A stretch of DNA of 64,000 nt from the human T2T-CHM13v2.0 reference genome, Homo sapiens (GCF_009914755.1 NC_060930.1); one strand, 5' to 3'. Shown: positions 19,516 to 34,559, numbered from the stretch's first letter. A program made the numbers and translations. The notes: generated from the letters alone by a model not told the origin.

Positions 19516-21539
19516 ACAAAGACGGAAAGATGGAAATGTTTTCGTTTATAAAAACAAGGATGGAAAAAAACATCCTTACCTAAATACTGTCCACAATGTC
19601 ACCGGTGCTTTGCATCATTCAGGTGAGCGATGTTAGTCTCCCTTCTACTTATCCCCGGGGTTTAATTTGCACCAAGATTGTTGTCTGCACAAAGATTCAA
19701 TAGTATACAGAAAATCTTATGGTGACCCAGAGAAGATGTGAAATGATTATAGTTTTATGCCTTAGATGATGTTGCATTTCTAGCCATGGCAACACATCCC
19801 CAGAAACTTTTCTGTAATTAAAATGGAAATACTATATAATTTATCATTTCATTATAAAAGTAGTTACTCTATATGTGGAAGGTTTTGGTGGTGTAATTTC
19901 CCCAGATATGTATATCAATATGTGCGAGCAAATGCTTGTAAGTAAAAACAGATAAGATAATTTTATATTCTATATGATGTTAAGAGTGTTAAGCCAGAGC
20001 AAAATTTCATTTTGAATATGGTAACCCTGGATTTGTTGTTTCAATCTGGATTTTATATTTTAGATAGGGTTAATTAATCAGAAAATAGATCACTCTTACT
20101 GCCTCTTCTGAAATTTTAACAAATAGTTTTGTTATCTGTTAAATATCAGCATCTTTAAAGTCTTTGGAGAGACTCTTTTCAGTTTCAGTAAAGCATTAGT
20201 GTTTGTACACTAATGTATGTTTGTCAGGTTTATTTATTTATTTATTGACCTCAGTGCAGGAAAATTTCACCCCAGGGGGTCTTACATTATTTTTCTACTC
20301 CAAAATACATAGGCTACACAGAACAACATCATTAGCAACATTGTTTCAGCAAGGAAATAATCCTTATTGGCAAAGGGAAACCAAGGAAAGAAAACTATTG
20401 TTTTCTTCGGCTACATGCTGTCTGCAAAGCACCCCATGGATTCAATTTCTCATCAATTCAGAATGGAATACTAACGTGCTGCCTAGAGATACAGAAGTGG
20501 GATGAACGCAGGGCCTTACTCAGCATTCAGAACAAAACTGTGAGTAAACTTTCGGGCATGACATGCTTAGAGTCAGTCATAGAGGAAAAATAGAAGCCTC
20601 AAGTTCTATTCAGAGACATCAACTTACCAAAGTTTAGGCTAGTATATTCGTCATTTGCACTGGTGCTTTCCAAAGACCCGGATGCGACATTAGCAAAGTC
20701 TTCTCATGACCATTCGTGTGCAATAAATTCATAAAGGTAAAATATGTGTATTTATTCTCCACATATTTTTTAATTGTATAAGCTTCGGGCTCAGAGGTGG
20801 CTTGGAAAAGATGTCCCTGACTGCATCTCCCTTCACTGCATCTTTGTTCAGCAAAATCTTATTTAAGAGCAAATCATCCTTCACTGATATCAGTGAATAT
20901 GGTAACGTGAAAAAAATAACAATATGAAGGTAGAGAGAACATGGAAGGGGAGGTGAATAATGAACTGGAATGTCCAGTTGGAAAAACCATCTAGAAAGTA
21001 TTGAGAAGGTATAATGATTGATACTATCATAGTAAAGTCAGAAGACATAGAGAAGTAGTGTTGACACATCCCATGTTTTGCTAGTCTCAGAATTAAAACT
21101 TAAAGAAATAATAGTCAATAATTTTTAATGATTAAATAAAAATGATGAAAAGACAATGGATTAAAATAAAACAAACAAAACTGCCTCTACATTATCGATG
21201 TTAATGTTAAGGAAGTTAAAGACAAAAAAATAAGCTTCCAGACAGAAGAAAACTTAACTACAAAGAAGTCAAGTGGAGATGAACATAAAGTATGAAAAAA
21301 ATCTTTCTATGCAACATGCAATTAGACGTATCTAATAACTTGATAATATATAATATAGTATAATACATCTTGTTAATAAGAATAATTTAGAATGCATTCA
21401 GTTTACCTATAATTTATAGGTTGGTTAGCCATAGTAAACATGATAATACATAAATGTAGTTCTGTAATTTCAGTATGTAATGACTCCCTACAATAACTTT
21501 TGGAAGAAGTGTACATATGGGGGGAATCAATAAGACATA

Positions 21540-21850
21540 CTCCATCAATCAGCTATTGTTGAGTAAAAACCACATCAAAACTTAGCAGATTAAAACAATA
21601 ATTATTTATTATTTCTCATGATTGAGCCAAATCTGGCTGATCTATGCTTATATATCTGAGAACTCAATAACAATAGGTTAGTGGAAGTCAGTCTGTACTG
21701 AGACTACTGGTATCTGCTCTGTTGTAATTAACTTTGTGGGCTAACATTGCTCATGACATTGACTGGGCTCCAAAAGCAACAACAGAAACAAGAAAGCTGT
21801 TTGAAGCCTAAGCTCATGGATGACACATTCTCTTCATGACATGAAACATG
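21540..21850 (-). mobile_element. Old MLT1 fragment
   Basis: cagctattg...aaccac..caaaacttag...aaaacaa...atttattatttctcatgatt. Confidence 0.55.
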
Positions 21851-22191
21851 AAGTAAAAAACTAATAATATCTTTACACACTTAATATACATAAAAGTAAT
21901 AAAACTACTTATTTATTTAATTTTGCATTTAGTGTTTGCCCATCTCTGTTTAGCATATTGAATACCTATCTAAAAGTGATTAAAATTGAGTGAGGAACTC
22001 AAAGAGTTTATAGAACAGTGAGAAAGAGAATCCAGTCATAAGAAAATGCATCTGGAGTAAAACTGGATGTACAGACTTCCTGGAAGGGGCATATATTTAT
22101 GCTACCTCAGTGTGTTATTTGAGTAGATATGTAGTTAAACAGAAAGGATGTAAAACATCAGGCTGAAGGTAAAATGCCACTATGTTTATGA

Positions 22192-23535
<1,344 letters not shown>

Positions 23536-23767
23536 TATATTTATGATTTTTATATAATTGCAACAGCACGGAAGAACGGTTGGTGCCTAGTATGCATCTT
23601 GCATATTTGGCATCCAAAACTATTGCTCGATTTGATTTCGTTTCAATCTAAAACTTTTTTTTTTGTAATATTAACATTTGGGGGAATTTATGCTCAGCTG
23701 CTCTTCAGAGAATAGAACACAGAGATGATAGAATTGGTAAACTGTAAACTAGTGTGGATGAATCTTT

Positions 23768-24223
23768 TGTAATGGTTGATTTTGTGTCACAGGGTGCCCA
23801 GATATTTGGTTAAACATTTTTTCTGTGTGTGTTTGTGAGGGTATTTCTGGATAAGATTAACATTTGAATTAGTAAACTGAGTATAGACGATTGCCCTGTA
23901 CAATGTCCCCAGGCCTCATCCGATCAGTTGAAGTTTGAATAAAAACAGAAGGCTGAGTAAGGAAGAATTCACTCTCTCTGCTTGACTCCCTTTGAGCTGG
24001 GACATCAGTCTCCTCCTGCCTTTGGACTTGGACTGAGACTGAAACTTACACCATCAGCTCTCTTGCTTCTTGGGCCTTCAGACTTGGACTGGAGCTATAC
24101 CATCAGCTCTCTTTGAGCCTGCTGACTTTCCTAGCTTGCAGATCTTAGGACTTGTCAGCCCTCATGTTGCATGAGCCAATTCTTTATAATAAATCTCTCT
24201 CTCTCCCCACACACATGCGTGCG

Positions 24224-24262
<39 letters not shown>

Positions 24263-24650
24263 GGTTCTGTTCTCTGGAGAACCCTAATACACATTTTGGT
24301 ATGGAGTCTAGAGGAACAAAATCTTAAGAATGAGCTTTCTGAATTGGTTCTGGGGTTTTGTAATTGGCTCTGTAATGTAATTAGATTTAGAGATTCTCAT
24401 AACTCTATTTCCAGCAGTAAAGAGAGCATTGATAGTACATGTTGTACTCTGGTGATAGCGATATACAAAATAGCACCATTTGATACTCTGAACCACTTAT
24501 AGGAAGTAAAGATCTGAATGACTGTTTATATGAGACTTTCTAACATTTCTGGCAAACTAATGAGTATAATGAGATTGACTGGTTGCTCCTATTGTCACTA
24601 GACCAAGTGGGAAAAATAAAGGATGAGCTCAGAGATTTGAATATGATAAA
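23768..24650 (+). mobile_element. MLT2 LTR (23768-24291) followed by the start of ERVL internal sequence
   Basis: tgtaatggttgatttt...ctctggagaaccctaataca, then ERVL leader (ttttggta...tctagaggaaca...ttctgaattggttct); internal (CA)n. Confidence 0.85.
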
Positions 24651-25616
24651 GATCAGTGTCCCAGAGGCTGATGGGTGGATCATAGCAATCCCTTAGCCTA
24701 TTTACCTGAAAGGGTGCTTGTACCAGGTGTTAACAGACTGGGTGAGTAATTTGAGGGACTTGCTCCAATATTGGGAAAAATGAAAACATGAGGCCATCTT
24801 GAAAAGTTTTTAAGAGCAGAGATAAGCTTTGTTCATCTTTGAAAAAATTGCACATCCATGGGCTTGGTACCTTTTTACTGGTGTGTGTTCAATAAAGGCT
24901 GGTTAAACTGGGCCACATTCTTGATGATGGAGCATTTCCCTTCCTGTTGAGGCTTTTCAATGGCAATAGAATTGCCTAGTAGCTGAAGAATGAGTGCTAA
25001 GGTGCAATGTTCTGGGAAACTAATAAGGGAAGTTTATTGATATAAATTTGCCTTACTCCAGAATAAGTATTTTTTGGCTGGCAGTGTTTTTTTATTTTAT
25101 AGCTGTCTTGACTACTAGCAAGAAACTCAGGGAATATAAATTCTAACTTGGTTTTAACGGTAGGAAAGTACATGGCATCTCTTGGCCTCAGATCCCTCTC
25201 CTTCAATTTAAGTAGGGTAATCATATTAACCAAATCATCAGGCTGTTATAAAACATATTTTAATAAAAATATCCCCATACGAAAGAATCCCTTTGGTGAT
25301 TAATAAAAAGTTGGTATAATGAGGTTGTAATCTCCAGCTCAGTAGGAGGAAGAGAACTACAATGGGAAGTATTGAGATTCTTCAACCCCATCAGGGGACA
25401 ATTACAATAATAACCATAATAACAATAATAATAGCAAAAAACCCAATAGTACTTGCCATTTATATTACATTAGAGCCAGAAATTCTATACAGAAGGAGGG
25501 TGGCACCCTAGTTGGAAGGAGGTACTGAGGCTAGGAGACACCTTGTGGTTGAATTGGTATAGCACTTTACCTTCGATTGAGAAGACGACAACTGTTAGGA
25601 TCAAAGAATGGGGATG

Positions 25617-25893
25617 GGCTGGGTGCAGTGGCTCACACCTGTAATCCCAGCACTTTGGGAGACCAAGATGGCGGATCACCTGACGTCAGGAGTTTGAGAC
25701 CAGCCTGGCCAACATGGTGAAACCCCGTCTCTACTAAACATACAAAAGTTAGCTGGGCATGTTTGTGGGCACCTGTACAGCTACTTGGGAGGCTGAGGCA
25801 AGAGAATCACTTGAACCCGAGAGACGGAGGTTGCATGAGCCAAGACCATGCCATTGCACTTCAGCCTGGGCAACAAGAGTGAAACTCCATCTC

Positions 25894-25935
<42 letters not shown>

Positions 25936-25937
25936 GA
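25617..25937 (+). mobile_element. AluSx
   Basis: Full Alu with TSD aagaatggggatggg. Confidence 0.92.
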
Positions 25938-26005
25938 ATGGGGATGGGGCAGGTGAGTGGAGGTGAGGAATAGGGATGGGGGTGGCACATATCTGGCTAC
26001 CTCAA

Positions 26006-27773
26006 TCGTGTGAGCTGAACTTTTCTAAGCCAAGCAGGCACCTCACTACCAAATGAAAGACCCAGTGATGATTTAAAATGCATATAATCCAAGCCTGTGC
26101 CTTTGACAGTCAGTTTTCTCTAAGAACTTATCCCTAATGTTGACAGGATACCCAACTAATTATCTTTGGTCACTTAGTTAATTAATTCCTACAAGAAATT
26201 TAATGCCTGAACCCTCTTCTCACTCCCCACAAACTACTTCTTTATGGCTGATGCATGGTGCTTTGCCATTTCAGAACTTGAAATAGTTTACTTACATCAA
26301 TATACCTATTGCAGATATAATTCCTGTATAGTCTTTGTTCAAATAAAGTATTATTTGTTCTTTAATTTTTGTTATGTCATTCTCTCACAGGATGGTGCTA
26401 GCATATATAAGACTGAAACACCAAAGTCCTCCGTGGAAGTTAATGAATTTCTGTGAGTGCACTTTACGTTACATAGGAAGTTGTTTGGTAGCAAGTAGCA
26501 CATATTTGGGTGATAAGGGGTTAATATGCTTCCATCTACATAAAAGTTCAAAGTTTGATTATTATGCATTGCATATCAGGGTGGATGACTAGTTTTGATT
26601 TTGTCAGGATAAATGTGTTCTCCCTGCTCCAACCATTATGCCAAGGATGGCCTTATTCTAGAACCTCCTAATTCTGTTTTGAACATTCCTAGTCATCATT
26701 CCTAAAAATGAAATATTATATACTAGTACATGAGCTCATGAGAGCTTTCATAGCTGTAATTAAAGATGCATAAAAGGCATGTAACACTTTCAACTCAAGT
26801 CACATGCTGGTCTGTTTTATCAACTATTCGCAAAGATTCTCCTGATTGGTGATTAAAAGTGGATTAACAATTTGAGTTTCTTTCTTCAGGGTTATGAGTT
26901 GGATTCTTCAGCGGAGTATTTGAGCCATGCCTTGAGGCACATACTTCAAGTTGCTGCATCCAGTTTTAAACTCCAGATTGAGCTTTACATATTAAATGTG
27001 CACATTTGTTTTCACATTTTTGAGCTTTGCCAGTGGCACCCTCTCTAATTAATCATCCCGCGGGCTTAGAAAACTTCTGCCCAATCCTTTCTGATTTGTT
27101 AAAAGAAAGAGAGAAGGTTTTAGTCTGAAAAAGGCCTTATCTGATAAACATCACATTATATGGATTTTTACATTTAAGTACATTTTCTTTTTAAATCCGG
27201 TGGCTTTCCCAAACTAGAAAGATGGAGTGTTTGCATACATCCACCAACCACCAACATCAGCAGAAAGAAAGCTTGATACAGTAAAGGAAAGAAATGGCAA
27301 TTTAACAGTTCTTTTATTTTCCATTCAGATCACATACACATTAACCAAATGAGGCCTCACAGCATGGAATCTGATATCATAGCAATGTTTTCAGGAAGCA
27401 ATAATTGAATACTCCTCATTAAAAAGGTTCATAAAAGAATCCTATTAAAACCAATACGAATAATAAACCTTGAAAATGCTGCTTTAAATTCCAAGAGGAT
27501 GGCGAAGATCTGCGTCAGTAACAGTCTTCCTGTTCATAGAGTGATTTTGAAAATCTCGTGGGCTGAATTTTTCCAAGCCAAGCAGGCATCTCACTATCCA
27601 GTGAAAGACCCAGGGACTATTTTGAATGCATTCAATCCAAGCCTGTGCCTTTCACAGTCAGTTTTCTCCAAGAATTTATCCCTAATCCTGACAGGATACC
27701 CAACCAAAAGGCTAATTATTTTTAGTCACTTAATTAATAGATAATTCTTACAAAGAGCCCAACACCTGAACCC
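26006..27773 (+). repeat. Direct repeat of ~210 bp (26006-26214 and 27556-27773)
   Basis: Shared blocks aagccaagcaggca, tgaaagacccag, aatccaagcctgtgccttt, acagtcagttttctc, tgacaggatacccaac, cctgaaccc. Confidence 0.92.
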
Positions 27774-28601
27774 ACCAAGTCCTCTTTGCATGGGCAAATC
27801 CAGCTGGTTTGATGCACTAATTTCACTAAATGAAAATTTGGACAAATTTTATGTTACTGCAAATAATGGTAAATGTATCCAATTCAAAAAATAGTAATAA
27901 AAAGGTTATTTTTTTGTTCCCTTTTTAATCACAGAGGCAGCTGTGGTAGACCCCAAATGCACAGGGCATATGGCTCACCTCACCACCCCAGATGGTGCTA
28001 CTGGCCCAGCCTTCCCAGCGTCCACCCTGGCAGTCTTTCCTCATTCCCTTGGCCCTCACCCTGTCTCCTCAGCCTTCCAGCTGCACTGCTATTGTAGGCT
28101 GCTCTTTCTCGACAATCTCCTCTTATTTTCTGTGATGTCTCAGGATGTTTCTTCTTCTCAGGGGTTTTCCAAGCTTCTTCCACACTCAGGTGCTCAGACG
28201 TTTTTATGGTCTGGCTTCTGAAGGAGATCAAAATTCATATGGACAGGCATTTGTGTATTAGCCAAGAGTTGCTAATGCATTTCTTGATCATAAGTCTCAG
28301 AGAAATGGGATGAAAGATCTTAGATTTTTATACACTCTGCTTCAATGATTTCTCAGCTTTTCTGATCTGAAAAGAATAAAGGACACCTTTTAGCTAAGCA
28401 CTTTCTGTTTTATTTCTTATAATGCCATGTAGTGGCTGTTACTGCCAACACAGCAGTCATTTAATAAACCCTGAATGTCTGTAGCATTTCTTCTCATTCG
28501 TTTCAGTGAGTGCTGTTCTTTTCTGTGTTTATTTTTTATTTTTTTTTTCCATGCAGTATTTCTTGCACCCTCTTATTACTCCTCAGCCTTTGGATTCTAG
28601 A

Positions 28602-28785
28602 TCAGTGGTTCTCAAACTGCCTGCATCAGAACACCTGAAGGGCTTGTACAACACAGATTGCTGGATCTCATTCCCAGAGTTTATTAATTGTTAGGTCCAG
28701 GTGGGCCAGGGAATTTGCATTTCTAACATATTCTCAGGTGATTCTGCTGCTGCTGGTCCAGGCACAGCACTTTGGGAAATGCTGC
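28602..28785 (+). mobile_element. MER5A
   Basis: cagtggttctcaaact...gcatcagaa...acagattgctgg...gaatttgcatttctaaca. Confidence 0.85.
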
Positions 28786-28799
28786 TCTAGAGAGAAGAG

Positions 28800-29000
28800 A
28801 AACTAGAGGTTAAGTGTTTTAGCTTGAGGGTCAGTTGTAATCCCTGCTTCACTGCCTTTCTAGCTGGGTAGTCTCTCAGCAGATAAAGCTCCCCCAAGTT
28901 CAGTTTCTTCACTCTTAAAATGAGTTTATTAAAACATCCCTAGCAGGGTTGTTTAAAGGAAGAAATTATATAATGTTTATTAAGCCTTTGAAAGAAAAGC
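28800..29000 (+). mobile_element. MIR
   Basis: Core cagtttcttcactcttaaaatg...cagggttgt. Confidence 0.6.
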
Positions 29001-29381
29001 GATCATGGTGGGTGTTTTGCTGTTATTACTTTTTATTTCTTCCTGAGGACTCAATTTTTAGAACTTCTAATTGAATCATAAAGGATCCTTCAAGCATCCA
29101 ATTTGGTTAAGGAAATTGTGTGTCTGTTTAGAAAATAAGAAAATGAAATCCTTTTGAGAGGATCTTGACCAGATAGATTCTAAAATCTACCTGGACATGC
29201 TAAACAATAGTCAAGAGAATTTTGAAAGGAGGCACCTCTTTTGATGTGAGTCTTACCACAATCAAAACAGTCACAAGAAATCAAAATATGTTATAAAGTC
29301 ACAAAAATCAAAACAGCATGGTATTGGTTTAGGAAAATGTAAGTCAATTAAATGACCAGAGTAAAAAATTTTATATCACAT

Positions 29382-30144
29382 TGAGAGACAGGATTAGCTG
29401 GATTTCCTAGGCTGACTAAGAATTCCTAAGCCCAGCTGGGGAAGGTGACCACACCTACCTTTAAACACAGGGCTTGTAACTCAGCTCGCACCCCACCAGT
29501 CAGGTAGGAAAGAGGGCTCACTAAAATACTAATTAGGCTAAAAGCAGGAGGTAAAGAAATAGTCAAATCATGTATTGCCTGAGAGCACAGGAGGAGGGGC
29601 ACTGATTAGGATATCAACCCAGGCATTCGAGCAGGGAGGGGCAACCCCCTTTAGGTCCCCTCCCATTGTATGGGAGTTCTGTTTTCACTCTATTATATCT
29701 TGCAATTGCACACTCTTCTGGTCTGTGTTTGTTATGGCTCGAGCTGAGCTTTTGCTCACGGTCCACCACTGCTGTTTGCTGCTGTCGCAGACCCGCCACT
29801 GACTTCCACCCATCTGGATCCAGCAGGATGTCCGCTGAGCTCCTGATCCAGTGAGGTGCCCATTGCAACTCCAGATCAGGCTAAAGGCTCGCCATTGTTC
29901 CTGCACGGCTAAGTGCCCAGGTTCGTCCTAATTGAGCTGAACACTAGTCGCTGGGTTCCACTGTTCTCTTCCATGACCCATGGCTTCTAATAGGGCTATA
30001 ACACTCACCGCATGGCCCAAGGTTCCATTCCTTGGAATCTGTGAGGCCAAGAACCCCAGGTCAGACAACAAAAGGCTTGCCACCATCTTTGGAGCGGCAC
30101 GCCACCATCTTGCGAGCTGTAAGGACAAAGAACCGCCGGTAACA
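29382..30144 (+). mobile_element. Solo LTR17 (HERV-W/HERV17 LTR)
   Basis: tgagagacagga(t)tagctggatttcctaggctgactaagaat...ccggtaaca; TG..CA ends; 4-bp TSD ACAT at 29378-29381 and 30145-30148. Confidence 0.93.
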
Positions 30145-30153
30145 ACATGCAGG

Positions 30154-30305
30154 CACACACACATACACACATACTCATATATATCGATATAGATATAGGT
30201 ATATAGATATAGATATCTATATCTATATCTATATAGATATATCGATATATATGAGTATATATAAGTGTGTGTATATGTGTGTGTGTATGTGTGTGTATAT
30301 ATATA
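30154..30305. repeat. Self-complementary (CA)/(ATAG-ATCT)/(TG) microsatellite palindrome
   Basis: 30171-30191 is the exact reverse complement of 30238-30258. Confidence 0.88.
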
Positions 30306-30329
30306 TGACTATTATTTCAAGCTAGTGAG

Positions 30330-32250
30330 GGAAATACAGCGCGTTAAGTCATATTGGGGCATTTCATTATTGATTTGAAAACAACTTTGATATTTGTCTT
30401 ATATCACACAAAATCAACTTCTGGATTGGTTTTTAAAGCTTAAAAAAATCAAAAGAAAATATAATGTAATATTTCTATTATATTGGGGAATAAAAGGAAA
30501 TAAAGGTAAAAATGTTAGATTTGAAGTGACAGAAATTTGAAATTTCTGTATGAAAAAGATGTTTATTATGGATAAAGTTGAAAGACAAAATAGACTGGAA
30601 GAAAATATTTCAATCAGATTATGGAAAAGGATTAATACCTGGATAATAAAACTACCTTATCAAAGCAACAAAATACATACAATACAATAAAAATACAAGT
30701 AAAGCATATCAATAGCCAATGCAGAAGAAAAGGAAGAGGAAGAGGAAGAAGAAGAAGAAAAAGAAATAATACTAATATTAATAGAAATGCCAGATAAAGA
30801 TTGGTAAGATTTAGCACTGTTAAGGTTATGAAAACCCTGTCACTATCATTCAGTGTTCCTGGAAATATAAATTTATCCAGCTTTTTGATGAGAAAACTAA
30901 AAGTGCACATATGCTTTGAAACAGCCAGTCCACTTCTAGAAATATATGCAATAGAAGGATTTTTATGTAGGCACAATAATATATTCACAGGAATTCTTGA
31001 GGCATTTCTATTAATACTAAAAAATTAAAAACAATCTAAGTGTGCATTAACAGGAAAATAATTATATTATGGTACATCTACACCATGGGATACACATGTA
31101 AAAGGCAGGAATTGAAATTACAGCAAAATGAAAATCAGATATCACGAGACCCTTTGCTAGATAAAATACAACTATCCATTGAAAGGCATAGTTGAACTTG
31201 GAAGAAAGTAGGAAATTTTCACAGGGGCCAAAAAGATGAATTAGAAAACCAGAATGTTAAGCAAGCCCAGAATGTTCTGAAGACATTTGTTTAGAGTGGA
31301 ATTTGGAGATAGTGAATAGGTGACAAATTCTTGGGCCTGTGTGGGATGGGGAGCTGGAACTGAGGCTTCACGATAAAATGATTCATTGTGGTAGATCTTC
31401 TGTGAAAGAATGTGCTAAACATCTGCAACTGATAGTTAAGGAAGATGAAAAAGACACTTGTTTGTCTCAGACTGGCCCTGAGGGGGAAAATTAAATATAT
31501 GTAAACTTCTTCACATTAATCAGAAAACCCTGATATAGTCCAACAGAAAAATGGGAAAAAATACACGCAATTTTCAGAAGAGGAAACATGAATAGCCAAT
31601 AAGTATACAAAACAGGCTTAATTCCCCTAGTAATTAGGAAATTGCAATGTAAAATCAAAATGAAATATCCGTCAGATTGGCAAACCATTACAGGTCAGAG
31701 GATACCTATTATTAGAGTATCAGAACTTATGGTGGGAGAATACAATGGAACAACTACCTTGCACAATAATATGGCCATAACTAGAAAATTAAAGATACAA
31801 TATCCTATGAATCATCAATCTATTTCTACATTCATACCTTAGAGAAACTCCTATACAAGCACACAACGATGAATTTACAAGAATAATAATAGCATTTGTA
31901 ATAGCAAAAAATTATAAACAACCGAAGTATTCAACAAGAAAAGAATGTATAAATTATGATATAATCAAATAGTAGATGACATATTGCAGTGAAAATTAGG
32001 AAACTAGAGGACCCAGATTATCCTTACAACAAAATTTTGAGTGAAAAATTGAAGTTGTAGGGAAATACATACACTTTGGTACTGGATAGGGATAAAGTTT
32101 AAAAACATGCAAAATAATACTGAATTCAGCTCAGAAGTATATACATTTCTATTTGTAGGAAAAAGTAGAAATGGATGGGTTTAATAGATGCATTTAGAAA
32201 AATTATTATCTTGGGTGGGGCCATGGGAAGGTCAGGTTGTTGTGGATACA
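30330..32250 (+). mobile_element. Degraded ancient L1 (L1M/L1ME) fragments, with a GAA-rich tract at 30722-30765
   Basis: A-rich strand with L1 ORF2/3' motifs (atccagcttttt, ccacttctagaaatatat, atggtacatctacacc, ttagagaaactc). Confidence 0.65.
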
Positions 32251-32560
32251 AAACATGGAACAAAATTTAGTGACTGGTGATAGGTAAGAATGTAATAAAT
32301 GTTGACACATTTCAGAATATTTTCAATCTTTCCAAATGACAATTATGTAGATTACACATCAACCTGGAGAAAAATTTTGATACAATTAATGAAAACAATG
32401 CAAACTAGAGATATGTATATTATGCTACATTAAAAAATGCAGGCGCATGTAGATGAAGGTTGAAAGGTATCAAGCAAAAATGGAAATAATTCTGTTAGAG
32501 TAGTCTGATTAATAAAAATTATCTTTAATTTTGATATATCATTTTTCAATTCTTAATCTT

Positions 32561-33181
32561 TTTTTAGATTCACTTAAGAATCAGATAAAAACTTCCAAAC
32601 ACTATAACTATTAATCTGATAACTCAATCAAAATCAAAATAATCTGTCATTCAGAACTTTTACAGCTCAGAGCCACTAAAATATGCAAAAGGTCTGAAGG
32701 AGCTAACTGAAGCACCTGTAATTTTTGTTATGGATAAAGTATATATGGCAGATTGTATTATTTAAGCAACTTTTATATCAATTTGAAATTTAAAAATAAA
32801 ATGCTAAAATATTCATGTGGAAAAAGTAAATACAGAGTAAATATTCTAAAAAATAAAAGCAGTGAGAATTATTGAAATGTATATTAAAACATATTTTAAA
32901 GCTTCTGTCATCAAAAGAATATGATACTGGAGGCAAATAACTAGACTTGATGCTTGCTACTCAGTTGGGAACAATGGAATCAGGAGCTATACCCAACCAT
33001 TTGGTGAGACTACTGGTCTCAAGGTGGTTCAAGTTAGCTGCTTCAGACCTTTCACATATTTTAGTGGCTCTGAGCTGTAAAAGTTCTGAATGACAGTTTA
33101 TTCAGATTTTGACTGAGTTATCAGATTAATACTTACAGTCTTTGGATTTTTTTTTTTTTTATTCTTAGGTGAATCTAAAAA
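32561..33181. repeat. Inverted repeat IR1 (arms 32561-32717 and 33022-33181)
   Basis: Includes a perfect 42-bp complementary core, 32644-32685 vs 33055-33096. Confidence 0.95.
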
Positions 33182-33603
33182 GTGACTAAAAATCACTTGG
33201 CATTAAAAAGGCTACAGAAGCTCTGTCACAGCTCCCTAAGTCCTGGATATCCCCACCACTGTGCTTTCCCAAGTGGTCATTGCTTCAGGCTGCCCTTTCC
33301 ACATGCAGTTCTCATTCAAATGCATCTAGTTGGCATAACCTGGGCCACATTGCCCACTTACTAGGGAGAAGAAAGTGTGAGAAATTTAGTATTTATAAAT
33401 CTACTTTGGGAGGGTGGGACATACAATATCAAGATATCGAGGAGATGTTTAAATTTGCTGGTCAATCAAGAATATAGATGGTCATCTAGTTCCTGACTCA
33501 GGAAATGACTATTCTTATAAAGGGTGTCCACAAAGGGACACCAAGGCTTGGACAGAAAGATGTCATAGAATTGAATGAAGAGAAAAGTCCAGAGAAACTA
33601 GAC

Positions 33604-33794
33604 TAAGGGGTCTCAAACTTGAATGTGCATTGGAATCACGCAGAGGGTTTGTTGAAGCACAGATTGTTTGGCCCCAGCTCCTTGTAGTTTCTGATGCAGG
33701 AATCCTGGGGTGTGACAGAAGATTCTACAGTTCTCATAGAGTCCCAGGTACTCTTGATAATGACAATCCTAGGCTCACATCCTGAGAATCACTG
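33604..33794. mobile_element. MER5A
   Basis: tctcaaacttga...gcattggaatcac...acagattg...gagaatcactg. Confidence 0.75.
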
Positions 33795-34018
33795 AACTAC
33801 TTAGACCATACATATTTCCTTCTGCAATAGCTGGTTTTCACAAATTTGCAAATTCGAGTTTTCACATGTTCAGTCTTAATGTCAGATTGAATGTTGGTAG
33901 CAAAAGTACAGTATAAATTATTAGTAATTTTATATTTTTTGAGTAAGTTTACTTAAATTGAAAAACGGAACATACTGGCACATGAATAGATAGACCATTG
34001 TAAGTAATAGAAAGTTCA

Positions 34019-34412
<394 letters not shown>

Positions 34413-34559
34413 TTAAATTGCTGTGAACAGGATAGATAAAACGGTTTTGGAAAAACTGGATAATTTTGGAAAAAATAGAGTCCATATTCATAGTATGCAT
34501 TTAAATAAACTCCAAATGGATCATCAATTTTAATGAACTCATGACTTTAATAGATTCTC

